DNA of 64,000 nt from Naegleria gruberi (taxonomy: Eukaryota): the NCBI GenBank assembly GCA_000004985.1, contig GG738873.1; one strand, written 5' to 3'. Positions 27,201 through 39,200 of the stretch are shown here, piece after piece. Each line of letters starts with the position of its first letter. Position 1 is the first letter of the stretch. The position numbers were made by a program, and so were the translations under genes. The notes beneath the pieces are model-generated. The model saw only the letters and a list, made by a program, of their open reading frames with translations, was not told where the DNA came from and did not search any database.

Positions 27201-30200
27201 NNNNNNNNNNNNNNNNNNNNNNNNNNNNNNNNNNNNNNNNNNNNNNNNNNNNNNNNNNNNNNNNNNNNNNNNNNNNNNNNNNNNNNNNNNNNNNNNNNNN
27301 NNNNNNNNNNNNNNNNNNNNNNNNNNNNNNNNNNNNNNNNNNNNNNNNNNNNNNNNNNNNNNNNNNNNNNNNNNNNNNNNNNNNNNNNNNNNNNNNNNNN
27401 NNNNNNNNNNNNNNNNNNNNNNNNNNNNNNNNNNNNNNNNNNNNNNNNNNNNNNNNNNNNNNNNNNNNNNNNNNNNNNNNNNNNNNNNNNNNNNNNNNNN
27501 NNNNNNNNNNNNNNNNNNNNNNNNNNNNNNNNNNNNNNNNNNNNNNNNNNNNNNNNNNNNNNNNNNNNNNNNNNNNNNNNNNNNNNNNNNNNNNNNNNNN
27601 NNNNNNNNNNNNNNNNNNNNNNNNNNNNNNNNNNNNNNNNNNNNNNNNNNNNNNNNNNNNNNNNNNNNNNNNNNNNNNNNNNNNNNNNNNNNNNNNNNNN
27701 NNNNNNNNNNNNNNNNNNNNNNNNNNNNNNNNNNNNNNNNNNNNNNNNNNNNNNNNNNNNNNNNNNNNNNNNNNNNNNNNNNNNNNNNNNNNNNNNNNNN
27801 NNNNNNNNNNNNNNNNNNNNNNNNNNNNNNNNNNNNNNNNNNNNNNNNNNNNNNNNNNNNNNNNNNNNNNNNNNNNNNNNNNNNNNNNNNNNNNNNNNNN
27901 NNNNNNNNNNNNNNNNNNNNNNNNNNNNNNNNNNNNNNNNNNNNNNNNNNNNNNNNNNNNNNNNNNNNNNNNNNNNNNNNNNNNNNNNNNNNNNNNNNNN
28001 NNNNNNNNNNNNNNNNNNNNNNNNNNNNNNNNNNNNNNNNNNNNNNNNNNNNNNNNNNNNNNNNNNNNNNNNNNNNNNNNNNNNNNNNNNNNNNNNNNNN
28101 NNNNNNNNNNNNNNNNNNNNNNNNNNNNNNNNNNNNNNNNNNNNNNNNNNNNNNNNNNNNNNNNNNNNNNNNNNNNNNNNNNNNNNNNNNNNNNNNNNNN
28201 NNNNNNNNNNNNNNNNNNNNNNNNNNNNNNNNNNNNNNNNNNNNNNNNNNNNNNNNNNNNNNNNNNNNNNNNNNNNNNNNNNNNNNNNNNNNNNNNNNNN
28301 NNNNNNNNNNNNNNNNNNNNNNNNNNNNNNNNNNNNNNNNNNNNNNNNNNNNNNNNNNNNNNNNNNNNNNNNNNNNNNNNNNNNNNNNNNNNNNNNNNNN
28401 NNNNNNNNNNNNNNNNNNNNNNNNNNNNNNNNNNNNNNNNNNNNNNNNNNNNNNNNNNNNNNNNNNNNNNNNNNNNNNNNNNNNNNNNNNNNNNNNNNNN
28501 NNNNNNNNNNNNNNNNNNNNNNNNNNNNNNNNNNNNNNNNNNNNNNNNNNNNNNNNNNNNNNNNNNNNNNNNNNNNNNNNNNNNNNNNNNNNNNNNNNNN
28601 NNNNNNNNNNNNNNNNNNNNNNNNNNNNNNNNNNNNNNNNNNNNNNNNNNNNNNNNNNNNNNNNNNNNNNNNNNNNNNNNNNNNNNNNNNNNNNNNNNNN
28701 NNNNNNNNNNNNNNNNNNNNNNNNNNNNNNNNNNNNNNNNNNNNNNNNNNNNNNNNNNNNNNNNNNNNNNNNNNNNNNNNNNNNNNNNNNNNNNNNNNNN
28801 NNNNNNNNNNNNNNNNNNNNNNNNNNNNNNNNNNNNNNNNNNNNNNNNNNNNNNNNNNNNNNNNNNNNNNNNNNNNNNNNNNNNNNNNNNNNNNNNNNNN
28901 NNNNNNNNNNNNNNNNNNNNNNNNNNNNNNNNNNNNNNNNNNNNNNNNNNNNNNNNNNNNNNNNNNNNNNNNNNNNNNNNNNNNNNNNNNNNNNNNNNNN
29001 NNNNNNNNNNNNNNNNNNNNNNNNNNNNNNNNNNNNNNNNNNNNNNNNNNNNNNNNNNNNNNNNNNNNNNNNNNNNNNNNNNNNNNNNNNNNNNNNNNNN
29101 NNNNNNNNNNNNNNNNNNNNNNNNNNNNNNNNNNNNNNNNNNNNNNNNNNNNNNNNNNNNNNNNNNNNNNNNNNNNNNNNNNNNNNNNNNNNNNNNNNNN
29201 NNNNNNNNNNNNNNNNNNNNNNNNNNNNNNNNNNNNNNNNNNNNNNNNNNNNNNNNNNNNNNNNNNNNNNNNNNNNNNNNNNNNNNNNNNNNNNNNNNNN
29301 NNNNNNNNNNNNNNNNNNNNNNNNNNNNNNNNNNNNNNNNNNNNNNNNNNNNNNNNNNNNNNNNNNNNNNNNNNNNNNNNNNNNNNNNNNNNNNNNNNNN
29401 NNNNNNNNNNNNNNNNNNNNNNNNNNNNNNNNNNNNNNNNNNNNNNNNNNNNNNNNNNNNNNNNNNNNNNNNNNNNNNNNNNNNNNNNNNNNNNNNNNNN
29501 NNNNNNNNNNNNNNNNNNNNNNNNNNNNNNNNNNNNNNNNNNNNNNNNNNNNNNNNNNNNNNNNNNNNNNNNNNNNNNNNNNNNNNNNNNNNNNNNNNNN
29601 NNNNNNNNNNNNNNNNNNNNNNNNNNNNNNNNNNNNNNNNNNNNNNNNNNNNNNNNNNNNNNNNNNNNNNNNNNNNNNNNNNNNNNNNNNNNNNNNNNNN
29701 NNNNNNNNNNNNNNNNNNNNNNNNNNNNNNNNNNNNNNNNNNNNNNNNNNNNNNNNNNNNNNNNNNNNNNNNNNNNNNNNNNNNNNNNNNNNNNNNNNNN
29801 NNNNNNNNNNNNNNNNNNNNNNNNNNNNNNNNNNNNNNNNNNNNNNNNNNNNNNNNNNNNNNNNNNNNNNNNNNNNNNNNNNNNNNNNNNNNNNNNNNNN
29901 NNNNNNNNNNNNNNNNNNNNNNNNNNNNNNNNNNNNNNNNNNNNNNNNNNNNNNNNNNNNNNNNNNNNNNNNNNNNNNNNNNNNNNNNNNNNNNNNNNNN
30001 NNNNNNNNNNNNNNNNNNNNNNNNNNNNNNNNNNNNNNNNNNNNNNNNNNNNNNNNNNNNNNNNNNNNNNNNNNNNNNNNNNNNNNNNNNNNNNNNNNNN
30101 NNNNNNNNNNNNNNNNNNNNNNNNNNNNNNNNNNNNNNNNNNNNNNNNNNNNNNNNNNNNNNNNNNNNNNNNNNNNNNNNNNNNNNNNNNNNNNNNNNNN

Positions 30201-33200
30201 NNNNNNNNNNNNNNNNNNNNNNNNNNNNNNNNNNNNNNNNNNNNNNNNNNNNNNNNNNNNNNNNNNNNNNNNNNNNNNNNNNNNNNNNNNNNNNNNNNNN
30301 NNNNNNNNNNNNNNNNNNNNNNNNNNNNNNNNNNNNNNNNNNNNNNNNNNNNNNNNNNNNNNNNNNNNNNNNNNNNNNNNNNNNNNNNNNNNNNNNNNNN
30401 NNNNNNNNNNNNNNNNNNNNNNNNNNNNNNNNNNNNNNNNNNNNNNNNNNNNNNNNNNNNNNNNNNNNNNNNNNNNNNNNNNNNNNNNNNNNNNNNNNNN
30501 NNNNNNNNNNNNNNNNNNNNNNNNNNNNNNNNNNNNNNNNNNNNNNNNNNNNNNNNNNNNNNNNNNNNNNNNNNNNNNNNNNNNNNNNNNNNNNNNNNNN
30601 NNNNNNNNNNNNNNNNNNNNNNNNNNNNNNNNNNNNNNNNNNNNNNNNNNNNNNNNNNNNNNNNNNNNNNNNNNNNNNNNNNNNNNNNNNNNNNNNNNNN
30701 NNNNNNNNNNNNNNNNNNNNNNNNNNNNNNNNNNNNNNNNNNNNNNNNNNNNNNNNNNNNNNNNNNNNNNNNNNNNNNNNNNNNNNNNNNNNNNNNNNNN
30801 NNNNNNNNNNNNNNNNNNNNNNNNNNNNNNNNNNNNNNNNNNNNNNNNNNNNNNNNNNNNNNNNNNNNNNNNNNNNNNNNNNNNNNNNNNNNNNNNNNNN
30901 NNNNNNNNNNNNNNNNNNNNNNNNNNNNNNNNNNNNNNNNNNNNNNNNNNNNNNNNNNNNNNNNNNNNNNNNNNNNNNNNNNNNNNNNNNNNNNNNNNNN
31001 NNNNNNNNNNNNNNNNNNNNNNNNNNNNNNNNNNNNNNNNNNNNNNNNNNNNNNNNNNNNNNNNNNNNNNNNNNNNNNNNNNNNNNNNNNNNNNNNNNNN
31101 NNNNNNNNNNNNNNNNNNNNNNNNNNNNNNNNNNNNNNNNNNNNNNNNNNNNNNNNNNNNNNNNNNNNNNNNNNNNNNNNNNNNNNNNNNNNNNNNNNNN
31201 NNNNNNNNNNNNNNNNNNNNNNNNNNNNNNNNNNNNNNNNNNNNNNNNNNNNNNNNNNNNNNNNNNNNNNNNNNNNNNNNNNNNNNNNNNNNNNNNNNNN
31301 NNNNNNNNNNNNNNNNNNNNNNNNNNNNNNNNNNNNNNNNNNNNNNNNNNNNNNNNNNNNNNNNNNNNNNNNNNNNNNNNNNNNNNNNNNNNNNNNNNNN
31401 NNNNNNNNNNNNNNNNNNNNNNNNNNNNNNNNNNNNNNNNNNNNNNNNNNNNNNNNNNNNNNNNNNNNNNNNNNNNNNNNNNNNNNNNNNNNNNNNNNNN
31501 NNNNNNNNNNNNNNNNNNNNNNNNNNNNNNNNNNNNNNNNNNNNNNNNNNNNNNNNNNNNNNNNNNNNNNNNNNNNNNNNNNNNNNNNNNNNNNNNNNNN
31601 NNNNNNNNNNNNNNNNNNNNNNNNNNNNNNNNNNNNNNNNNNNNNNNNNNNNNNNNNNNNNNNNNNNNNNNNNNNNNNNNNNNNNNNNNNNNNNNNNNNN
31701 NNNNNNNNNNNNNNNNNNNNNNNNNNNNNNNNNNNNNNNNNNNNNNNNNNNNNNNNNNNNNNNNNNNNNNNNNNNNNNNNNNNNNNNNNNNNNNNNNNNN
31801 NNNNNNNNNNNNNNNNNNNNNNNNNNNNNNNNNNNNNNNNNNNNNNNNNNNNNNNNNNNNNNNNNNNNNNNNNNNNNNNNNNNNNNNNNNNNNNNNNNNN
31901 NNNNNNNNNNNNNNNNNNNNNNNNNNNNNNNNNNNNNNNNNNNNNNNNNNNNNNNNNNNNNNNNNNNNNNNNNNNNNNNNNNNNNNNNNNNNNNNNNNNN
32001 NNNNNNNNNNNNNNNNNNNNNNNNNNNNNNNNNNNNNNNNNNNNNNNNNNNNNNNNNNNNNNNNNNNNNNNNNNNNNNNNNNNNNNNNNNNNNNNNNNNN
32101 NNNNNNNNNNNNNNNNNNNNNNNNNNNNNNNNNNNNNNNNNNNNNNNNNNNNNNNNNNNNNNNNNNNNNNNNNNNNNNNNNNNNNNNNNNNNNNNNNNNN
32201 NNNNNNNNNNNNNNNNNNNNNNNNNNNNNNNNNNNNNNNNNNNNNNNNNNNNNNNNNNNNNNNNNNNNNNNNNNNNNNNNNNNNNNNNNNNNNNNNNNNN
32301 NNNNNNNNNNNNNNNNNNNNNNNNNNNNNNNNNNNNNNNNNNNNNNNNNNNNNNNNNNNNNNNNNNNNNNNNNNNNNNNNNNNNNNNNNNNNNNNNNNNN
32401 NNNNNNNNNNNNNNNNNNNNNNNNNNNNNNNNNNNNNNNNNNNNNNNNNNNNNNNNNNNNNNNNNNNNNNNNNNNNNNNNNNNNNNNNNNNNNNNNNNNN
32501 NNNNNNNNNNNNNNNNNNNNNNNNNNNNNNNNNNNNNNNNNNNNNNNNNNNNNNNNNNNNNNNNNNNNNNNNNNNNNNNNNNNNNNNNNNNNNNNNNNNN
32601 NNNNNNNNNNNNNNNNNNNNNNNNNNNNNNNNNNNNNNNNNNNNNNNNNNNNNNNNNNNNNNNNNNNNNNNNNNNNNNNNNNNNNNNNNNNNNNNNNNNN
32701 NNNNNNNNNNNNNNNNNNNNNNNNNNNNNNNNNNNNNNNNNNNNNNNNNNNNNNNNNNNNNNNNNNNNNNNNNNNNNNNNNNNNNNNNNNNNNNNNNNNN
32801 NNNNNNNNNNNNNNNNNNNNNNNNNNNNNNNNNNNNNNNNNNNNNNNNNNNNNNNNNNNNNNNNNNNNNNNNNNNNNNNNNNNNNNNNNNNNNNNNNNNN
32901 NNNNNNNNNNNNNNNNNNNNNNNNNNNNNNNNNNNNNNNNNNNNNNNNNNNNNNNNNNNNNNNNNNNNNNNNNNNNNNNNNNNNNNNNNNNNNNNNNNNN
33001 NNNNNNNNNNNNNNNNNNNNNNNNNNNNNNNNNNNNNNNNNNNNNNNNNNNNNNNNNNNNNNNNNNNNNNNNNNNNNNNNNNNNNNNNNNNNNNNNNNNN
33101 NNNNNNNNNNNNNNNNNNNNNNNNNNNNNNNNNNNNNNNNNNNNNNNNNNNNNNNNNNNNNNNNNNNNNNNNNNNNNNNNNNNNNNNNNNNNNNNNNNNN

Positions 33201-36200
33201 NNNNNNNNNNNNNNNNNNNNNNNNNNNNNNNNNNNNNNNNNNNNNNNNNNNNNNNNNNNNNNNNNNNNNNNNNNNNNNNNNNNNNNNNNNNNNNNNNNNN
33301 NNNNNNNNNNNNNNNNNNNNNNNNNNNNNNNNNNNNNNNNNNNNNNNNNNNNNNNNNNNNNNNNNNNNNNNNNNNNNNNNNNNNNNNNNNNNNNNNNNNN
33401 NNNNNNNNNNNNNNNNNNNNNNNNNNNNNNNNNNNNNNNNNNNNNNNNNNNNNNNNNNNNNNNNNNNNNNNNNNNNNNNNNNNNNNNNNNNNNNNNNNNN
33501 NNNNNNNNNNNNNNNNNNNNNNNNNNNNNNNNNNNNNNNNNNNNNNNNNNNNNNNNNNNNNNNNNNNNNNNNNNNNNNNNNNNNNNNNNNNNNNNNNNNN
33601 NNNNNNNNNNNNNNNNNNNNNNNNNNNNNNNNNNNNNNNNNNNNNNNNNNNNNNNNNNNNNNNNNNNNNNNNNNNNNNNNNNNNNNNNNNNNNNNNNNNN
33701 NNNNNNNNNNNNNNNNNNNNNNNNNNNNNNNNNNNNNNNNNNNNNNNNNNNNNNNNNNNNNNNNNNNNNNNNNNNNNNNNNNNNNNNNNNNNNNNNNNNN
33801 NNNNNNNNNNNNNNNNNNNNNNNNNNNNNNNNNNNNNNNNNNNNNNNNNNNNNNNNNNNNNNNNNNNNNNNNNNNNNNNNNNNNNNNNNNNNNNNNNNNN
33901 NNNNNNNNNNNNNNNNNNNNNNNNNNNNNNNNNNNNNNNNNNNNNNNNNNNNNNNNNNNNNNNNNNNNNNNNNNNNNNNNNNNNNNNNNNNNNNNNNNNN
34001 NNNNNNNNNNNNNNNNNNNNNNNNNNNNNNNNNNNNNNNNNNNNNNNNNNNNNNNNNNNNNNNNNNNNNNNNNNNNNNNNNNNNNNNNNNNNNNNNNNNN
34101 NNNNNNNNNNNNNNNNNNNNNNNNNNNNNNNNNNNNNNNNNNNNNNNNNNNNNNNNNNNNNNNNNNNNNNNNNNNNNNNNNNNNNNNNNNNNNNNNNNNN
34201 NNNNNNNNNNNNNNNNNNNNNNNNNNNNNNNNNNNNNNNNNNNNNNNNNNNNNNNNNNNNNNNNNNNNNNNNNNNNNNNNNNNNNNNNNNNNNNNNNNNN
34301 NNNNNNNNNNNNNNNNNNNNNNNNNNNNNNNNNNNNNNNNNNNNNNNNNNNNNNNNNNNNNNNNNNNNNNNNNNNNNNNNNNNNNNNNNNNNNNNNNNNN
34401 NNNNNNNNNNNNNNNNNNNNNNNNNNNNNNNNNNNNNNNNNNNNNNNNNNNNNNNNNNNNNNNNNNNNNNNNNNNNNNNNNNNNNNNNNNNNNNNNNNNN
34501 NNNNNNNNNNNNNNNNNNNNNNNNNNNNNNNNNNNNNNNNNNNNNNNNNNNNNNNNNNNNNNNNNNNNNNNNNNNNNNNNNNNNNNNNNNNNNNNNNNNN
34601 NNNNNNNNNNNNNNNNNNNNNNNNNNNNNNNNNNNNNNNNNNNNNNNNNNNNNNNNNNNNNNNNNNNNNNNNNNNNNNNNNNNNNNNNNNNNNNNNNNNN
34701 NNNNNNNNNNNNNNNNNNNNNNNNNNNNNNNNNNNNNNNNNNNNNNNNNNNNNNNNNNNNNNNNNNNNNNNNNNNNNNNNNNNNNNNNNNNNNNNNNNNN
34801 NNNNNNNNNNNNNNNNNNNNNNNNNNNNNNNNNNNNNNNNNNNNNNNNNNNNNNNNNNNNNNNNNNNNNNNNNNNNNNNNNNNNNNNNNNNNNNNNNNNN
34901 NNNNNNNNNNNNNNNNNNNNNNNNNNNNNNNNNNNNNNNNNNNNNNNNNNNNNNNNNNNNNNNNNNNNNNNNNNNNNNNNNNNNNNNNNNNNNNNNNNNN
35001 NNNNNNNNNNNNNNNNNNNNNNNNNNNNNNNNNNNNNNNNNNNNNNNNNNNNNNNNNNNNNNNNNNNNNNNNNNNNNNNNNNNNNNNNNNNNNNNNNNNN
35101 NNNNNNNNNNNNNNNNNNNNNNNNNNNNNNNNNNNNNNNNNNNNNNNNNNNNNNNNNNNNNNNNNNNNNNNNNNNNNNNNNNNNNNNNNNNNNNNNNNNN
35201 NNNNNNNNNNNNNNNNNNNNNNNNNNNNNNNNNNNNNNNNNNNNNNNNNNNNNNNNNNNNNNNNNNNNNNNNNNNNNNNNNNNNNNNNNNNNNNNNNNNN
35301 NNNNNNNNNNNNNNNNNNNNNNNNNNNNNNNNNNNNNNNNNNNNNNNNNNNNNNNNNNNNNNNNNNNNNNNNNNNNNNNNNNNNNNNNNNNNNNNNNNNN
35401 NNNNNNNNNNNNNNNNNNNNNNNNNNNNNNNNNNNNNNNNNNNNNNNNNNNNNNNNNNNNNNNNNNNNNNNNNNNNNNNNNNNNNNNNNNNNNNNNNNNN
35501 NNNNNNNNNNNNNNNNNNNNNNNNNNNNNNNNNNNNNNNNNNNNNNNNNNNNNNNNNNNNNNNNNNNNNNNNNNNNNNNNNNNNNNNNNNNNNNNNNNNN
35601 NNNNNNNNNNNNNNNNNNNNNNNNNNNNNNNNNNNNNNNNNNNNNNNNNNNNNNNNNNNNNNNNNNNNNNNNNNNNNNNNNNNNNNNNNNNNNNNNNNNN
35701 NNNNNNNNNNNNNNNNNNNNNNNNNNNNNNNNNNNNNNNNNNNNNNNNNNNNNNNNNNNNNNNNNNNNNNNNNNNNNNNNNNNNNNNNNNNNNNNNNNNN
35801 NNNNNNNNNNNNNNNNNNNNNNNNNNNNNNNNNNNNNNNNNNNNNNNNNNNNNNNNNNNNNNNNNNNNNNNNNNNNNNNNNNNNNNNNNNNNNNNNNNNN
35901 NNNNNNNNNNNNNNNNNNNNNNNNNNNNNNNNNNNNNNNNNNNNNNNNNNNNNNNNNNNNNNNNNNNNNNNNNNNNNNNNNNNNNNNNNNNNNNNNNNNN
36001 NNNNNNNNNNNNNNNNNNNNNNNNNNNNNNNNNNNNNNNNNNNNNNNNNNNNNNNNNNNNNNNNNNNNNNNNNNNNNNNNNNNNNNNNNNNNNNNNNNNN
36101 NNNNNNNNNNNNNNNNNNNNNNNNNNNNNNNNNNNNNNNNNNNNNNNNNNNNNNNNNNNNNNNNNNNNNNNNNNNNNNNNNNNNNNNNNNNNNNNNNNNN

Positions 36201-39200
36201 NNNNNNNNNNNNNNNNNNNNNNNNNNNNNNNNNNNNNNNNNNNNNNNNNNNNNNNNNNNNNNNNNNNNNNNNNNNNNNNNNNNNNNNNNNNNNNNNNNNN
36301 NNNNNNNNNNNNNNNNNNNNNNNNNNNNNNNNNNNNNNNNNNNNNNNNNNNNNNNNNNNNNNNNNNNNNNNNNNNNNNNNNNNNNNNNNNNNNNNNNNNN
36401 NNNNNNNNNNNNNNNNNNNNNNNNNNNNNNNNNNNNNNNNNNNNNNNNNNNNNNNNNNNNNNNNNNNNNNNNNNNNNNNNNNNNNNNNNNNNNNNNNNNN
36501 NNNNNNNNNNNNNNNNNNNNNNNNNNNNNNNNNNNNNNNNNNNNNNNNNNNNNNNNNNNNNNNNNNNNNNNNNNNNNNNNNNNNNNNNNNNNNNNNNNNN
36601 NNNNNNNNNNNNNNNNNNNNNNNNNNNNNNNNNNNNNNNNNNNNNNNNNNNNNNNNNNNNNNNNNNNNNNNNNNNNNNNNNNNNNNNNNNNNNNNNNNNN
36701 NNNNNNNNNNNNNNNNNNNNNNNNNNNNNNNNNNNNNNNNNNNNNNNNNNNNNNNNNNNNNNNNNNNNNNNNNNNNNNNNNNNNNNNNNNNNNNNNNNNN
36801 NNNNNNNNNNNNNNNNNNNNNNNNNNNNNNNNNNNNNNNNNNNNNNNNNNNNNNNNNNNNNNNNNNNNNNNNNNNNNNNNNNNNNNNNNNNNNNNNNNNN
36901 NNNNNNNNNNNNNNNNNNNNNNNNNNNNNNNNNNNNNNNNNNNNNNNNNNNNNNNNNNNNNNNNNNNNNNNNNNNNNNNNNNNNNNNNNNNNNNNNNNNN
37001 NNNNNNNNNNNNNNNNNNNNNNNNNNNNNNNNNNNNNNNNNNNNNNNNNNNNNNNNNNNNNNNNNNNNNNNNNNNNNNNNNNNNNNNNNNNNNNNNNNNN
37101 NNNNNNNNNNNNNNNNNNNNNNNNNNNNNNNNNNNNNNNNNNNNNNNNNNNNNNNNNNNNNNNNNNNNNNNNNNNNNNNNNNNNNNNNNNNNNNNNNNNN
37201 NNNNNNNNNNNNNNNNNNNNNNNNNNNNNNNNNNNNNNNNNNNNNNNNNNNNNNNNNNNNNNNNNNNNNNNNNNNNNNNNNNNNNNNNNNNNNNNNNNNN
37301 NNNNNNNNNNNNNNNNNNNNNNNNNNNNNNNNNNNNNNNNNNNNNNNNNNNNNNNNNNNNNNNNNNNNNNNNNNNNNNNNNNNNNNNNNNNNNNNNNNNN
37401 NNNNNNNNNNNNNNNNNNNNNNNNNNNNNNNNNNNNNNNNNNNNNNNNNNNNNNNNNNNNNNNNNNNNNNNNNNNNNNNNNNNNNNNNNNNNNNNNNNNN
37501 NNNNNNNNNNNNNNNNNNNNNNNNNNNNNNNNNNNNNNNNNNNNNNNNNNNNNNNNNNNNNNNNNNNNNNNNNNNNNNNNNNNNNNNNNNNNNNNNNNNN
37601 NNNNNNNNNNNNNNNNNNNNNNNNNNNNNNNNNNNNNNNNNNNNNNNNNNNNNNNNNNNNNNNNNNNNNNNNNNNNNNNNNNNNNNNNNNNNNNNNNNNN
37701 NNNNNNNNNNNNNNNNNNNNNNNNNNNNNNNNNNNNNNNNNNNNNNNNNNNNNNNNNNNNNNNNNNNNNNNNNNNNNNNNNNNNNNNNNNNNNNNNNNNN
37801 NNNNNNNNNNNNNNNNNNNNNNNNNNNNNNNNNNNNNNNNNNNNNNNNNNNNNNNNNNNNNNNNNNNNNNNNNNNNNNNNNNNNNNNNNNNNNNNNNNNN
37901 NNNNNNNNNNNNNNNNNNNNNNNNNNNNNNNNNNNNNNNNNNNNNNNNNNNNNNNNNNNNNNNNNNNNNNNNNNNNNNNNNNNNNNNNNNNNNNNNNNNN
38001 NNNNNNNNNNNNNNNNNNNNNNNNNNNNNNNNNNNNNNNNNNNNNNNNNNNNNNNNNNNNNNNNNNNNNNNNNNNNNNNNNNNNNNNNNNNNNNNNNNNN
38101 NNNNNNNNNNNNNNNNNNNNNNNNNNNNNNNNNNNNNNNNNNNNNNNNNNNNNNNNNNNNNNNNNNNNNNNNNNNNNNNNNNNNNNNNNNNNNNNNNNNN
38201 NNNNNNNNNNNNNNNNNNNNNNNNNNNNNNNNNNNNNNNNNNNNNNNNNNNNNNNNNNNNNNNNNNNNNNNNNNNNNNNNNNNNNNNNNNNNNNNNNNNN
38301 NNNNNNNNNNNNNNNNNNNNNNNNNNNNNNNNNNNNNNNNNNNNNNNNNNNNNNNNNNNNNNNNNNNNNNNNNNNNNNNNNNNNNNNNNNNNNNNNNNNN
38401 NNNNNNNNNNNNNNNNNNNNNNNNNNNNNNNNNNNNNNNNNNNNNNNNNNNNNNNNNNNNNNNNNNNNNNNNNNNNNNNNNNNNNNNNNNNNNNNNNNNN
38501 NNNNNNNNNNNNNNNNNNNNNNNNNNNNNNNNNNNNNNNNNNNNNNNNNNNNNNNNNNNNNNNNNNNNNNNNNNNNNNNNNNNNNNNNNNNNNNNNNNNN
38601 NNNNNNNNNNNNNNNNNNNNNNNNNNNNNNNNNNNNNNNNNNNNNNNNNNNNNNNNNNNNNNNNNNNNNNNNNNNNNNNNNNNNNNNNNNNNNNNNNNNN
38701 NNNNNNNNNNNNNNNNNNNNNNNNNNNNNNNNNNNNNNNNNNNNNNNNNNNNNNNNNNNNNNNNNNNNNNNNNNNNNNNNNNNNNNNNNNNNNNNNNNNN
38801 NNNNNNNNNNNNNNNNNNNNNNNNNNNNNNNNNNNNNNNNNNNNNNNNNNNNNNNNNNNNNNNNNNNNNNNNNNNNNNNNNNNNNNNNNNNNNNNNNNNN
38901 NNNNNNNNNNNNNNNNNNNNNNNNNNNNNNNNNNNNNNNNNNNNNNNNNNNNNNNNNNNNNNNNNNNNNNNNNNNNNNNNNNNNNNNNNNNNNNNNNNNN
39001 NNNNNNNNNNNNNNNNNNNNNNNNNNNNNNNNNNNNNNNNNNNNNNNNNNNNNNNNNNNNNNNNNNNNNNNNNNNNNNNNNNNNNNNNNNNNNNNNNNNN
39101 NNNNNNNNNNNNNNNNNNNNNNNNNNNNNNNNNNNNNNNNNNNNNNNNNNNNNNNNNNNNNNNNNNNNNNNNNNNNNNNNNNNNNNNNNNNNNNNNNNNN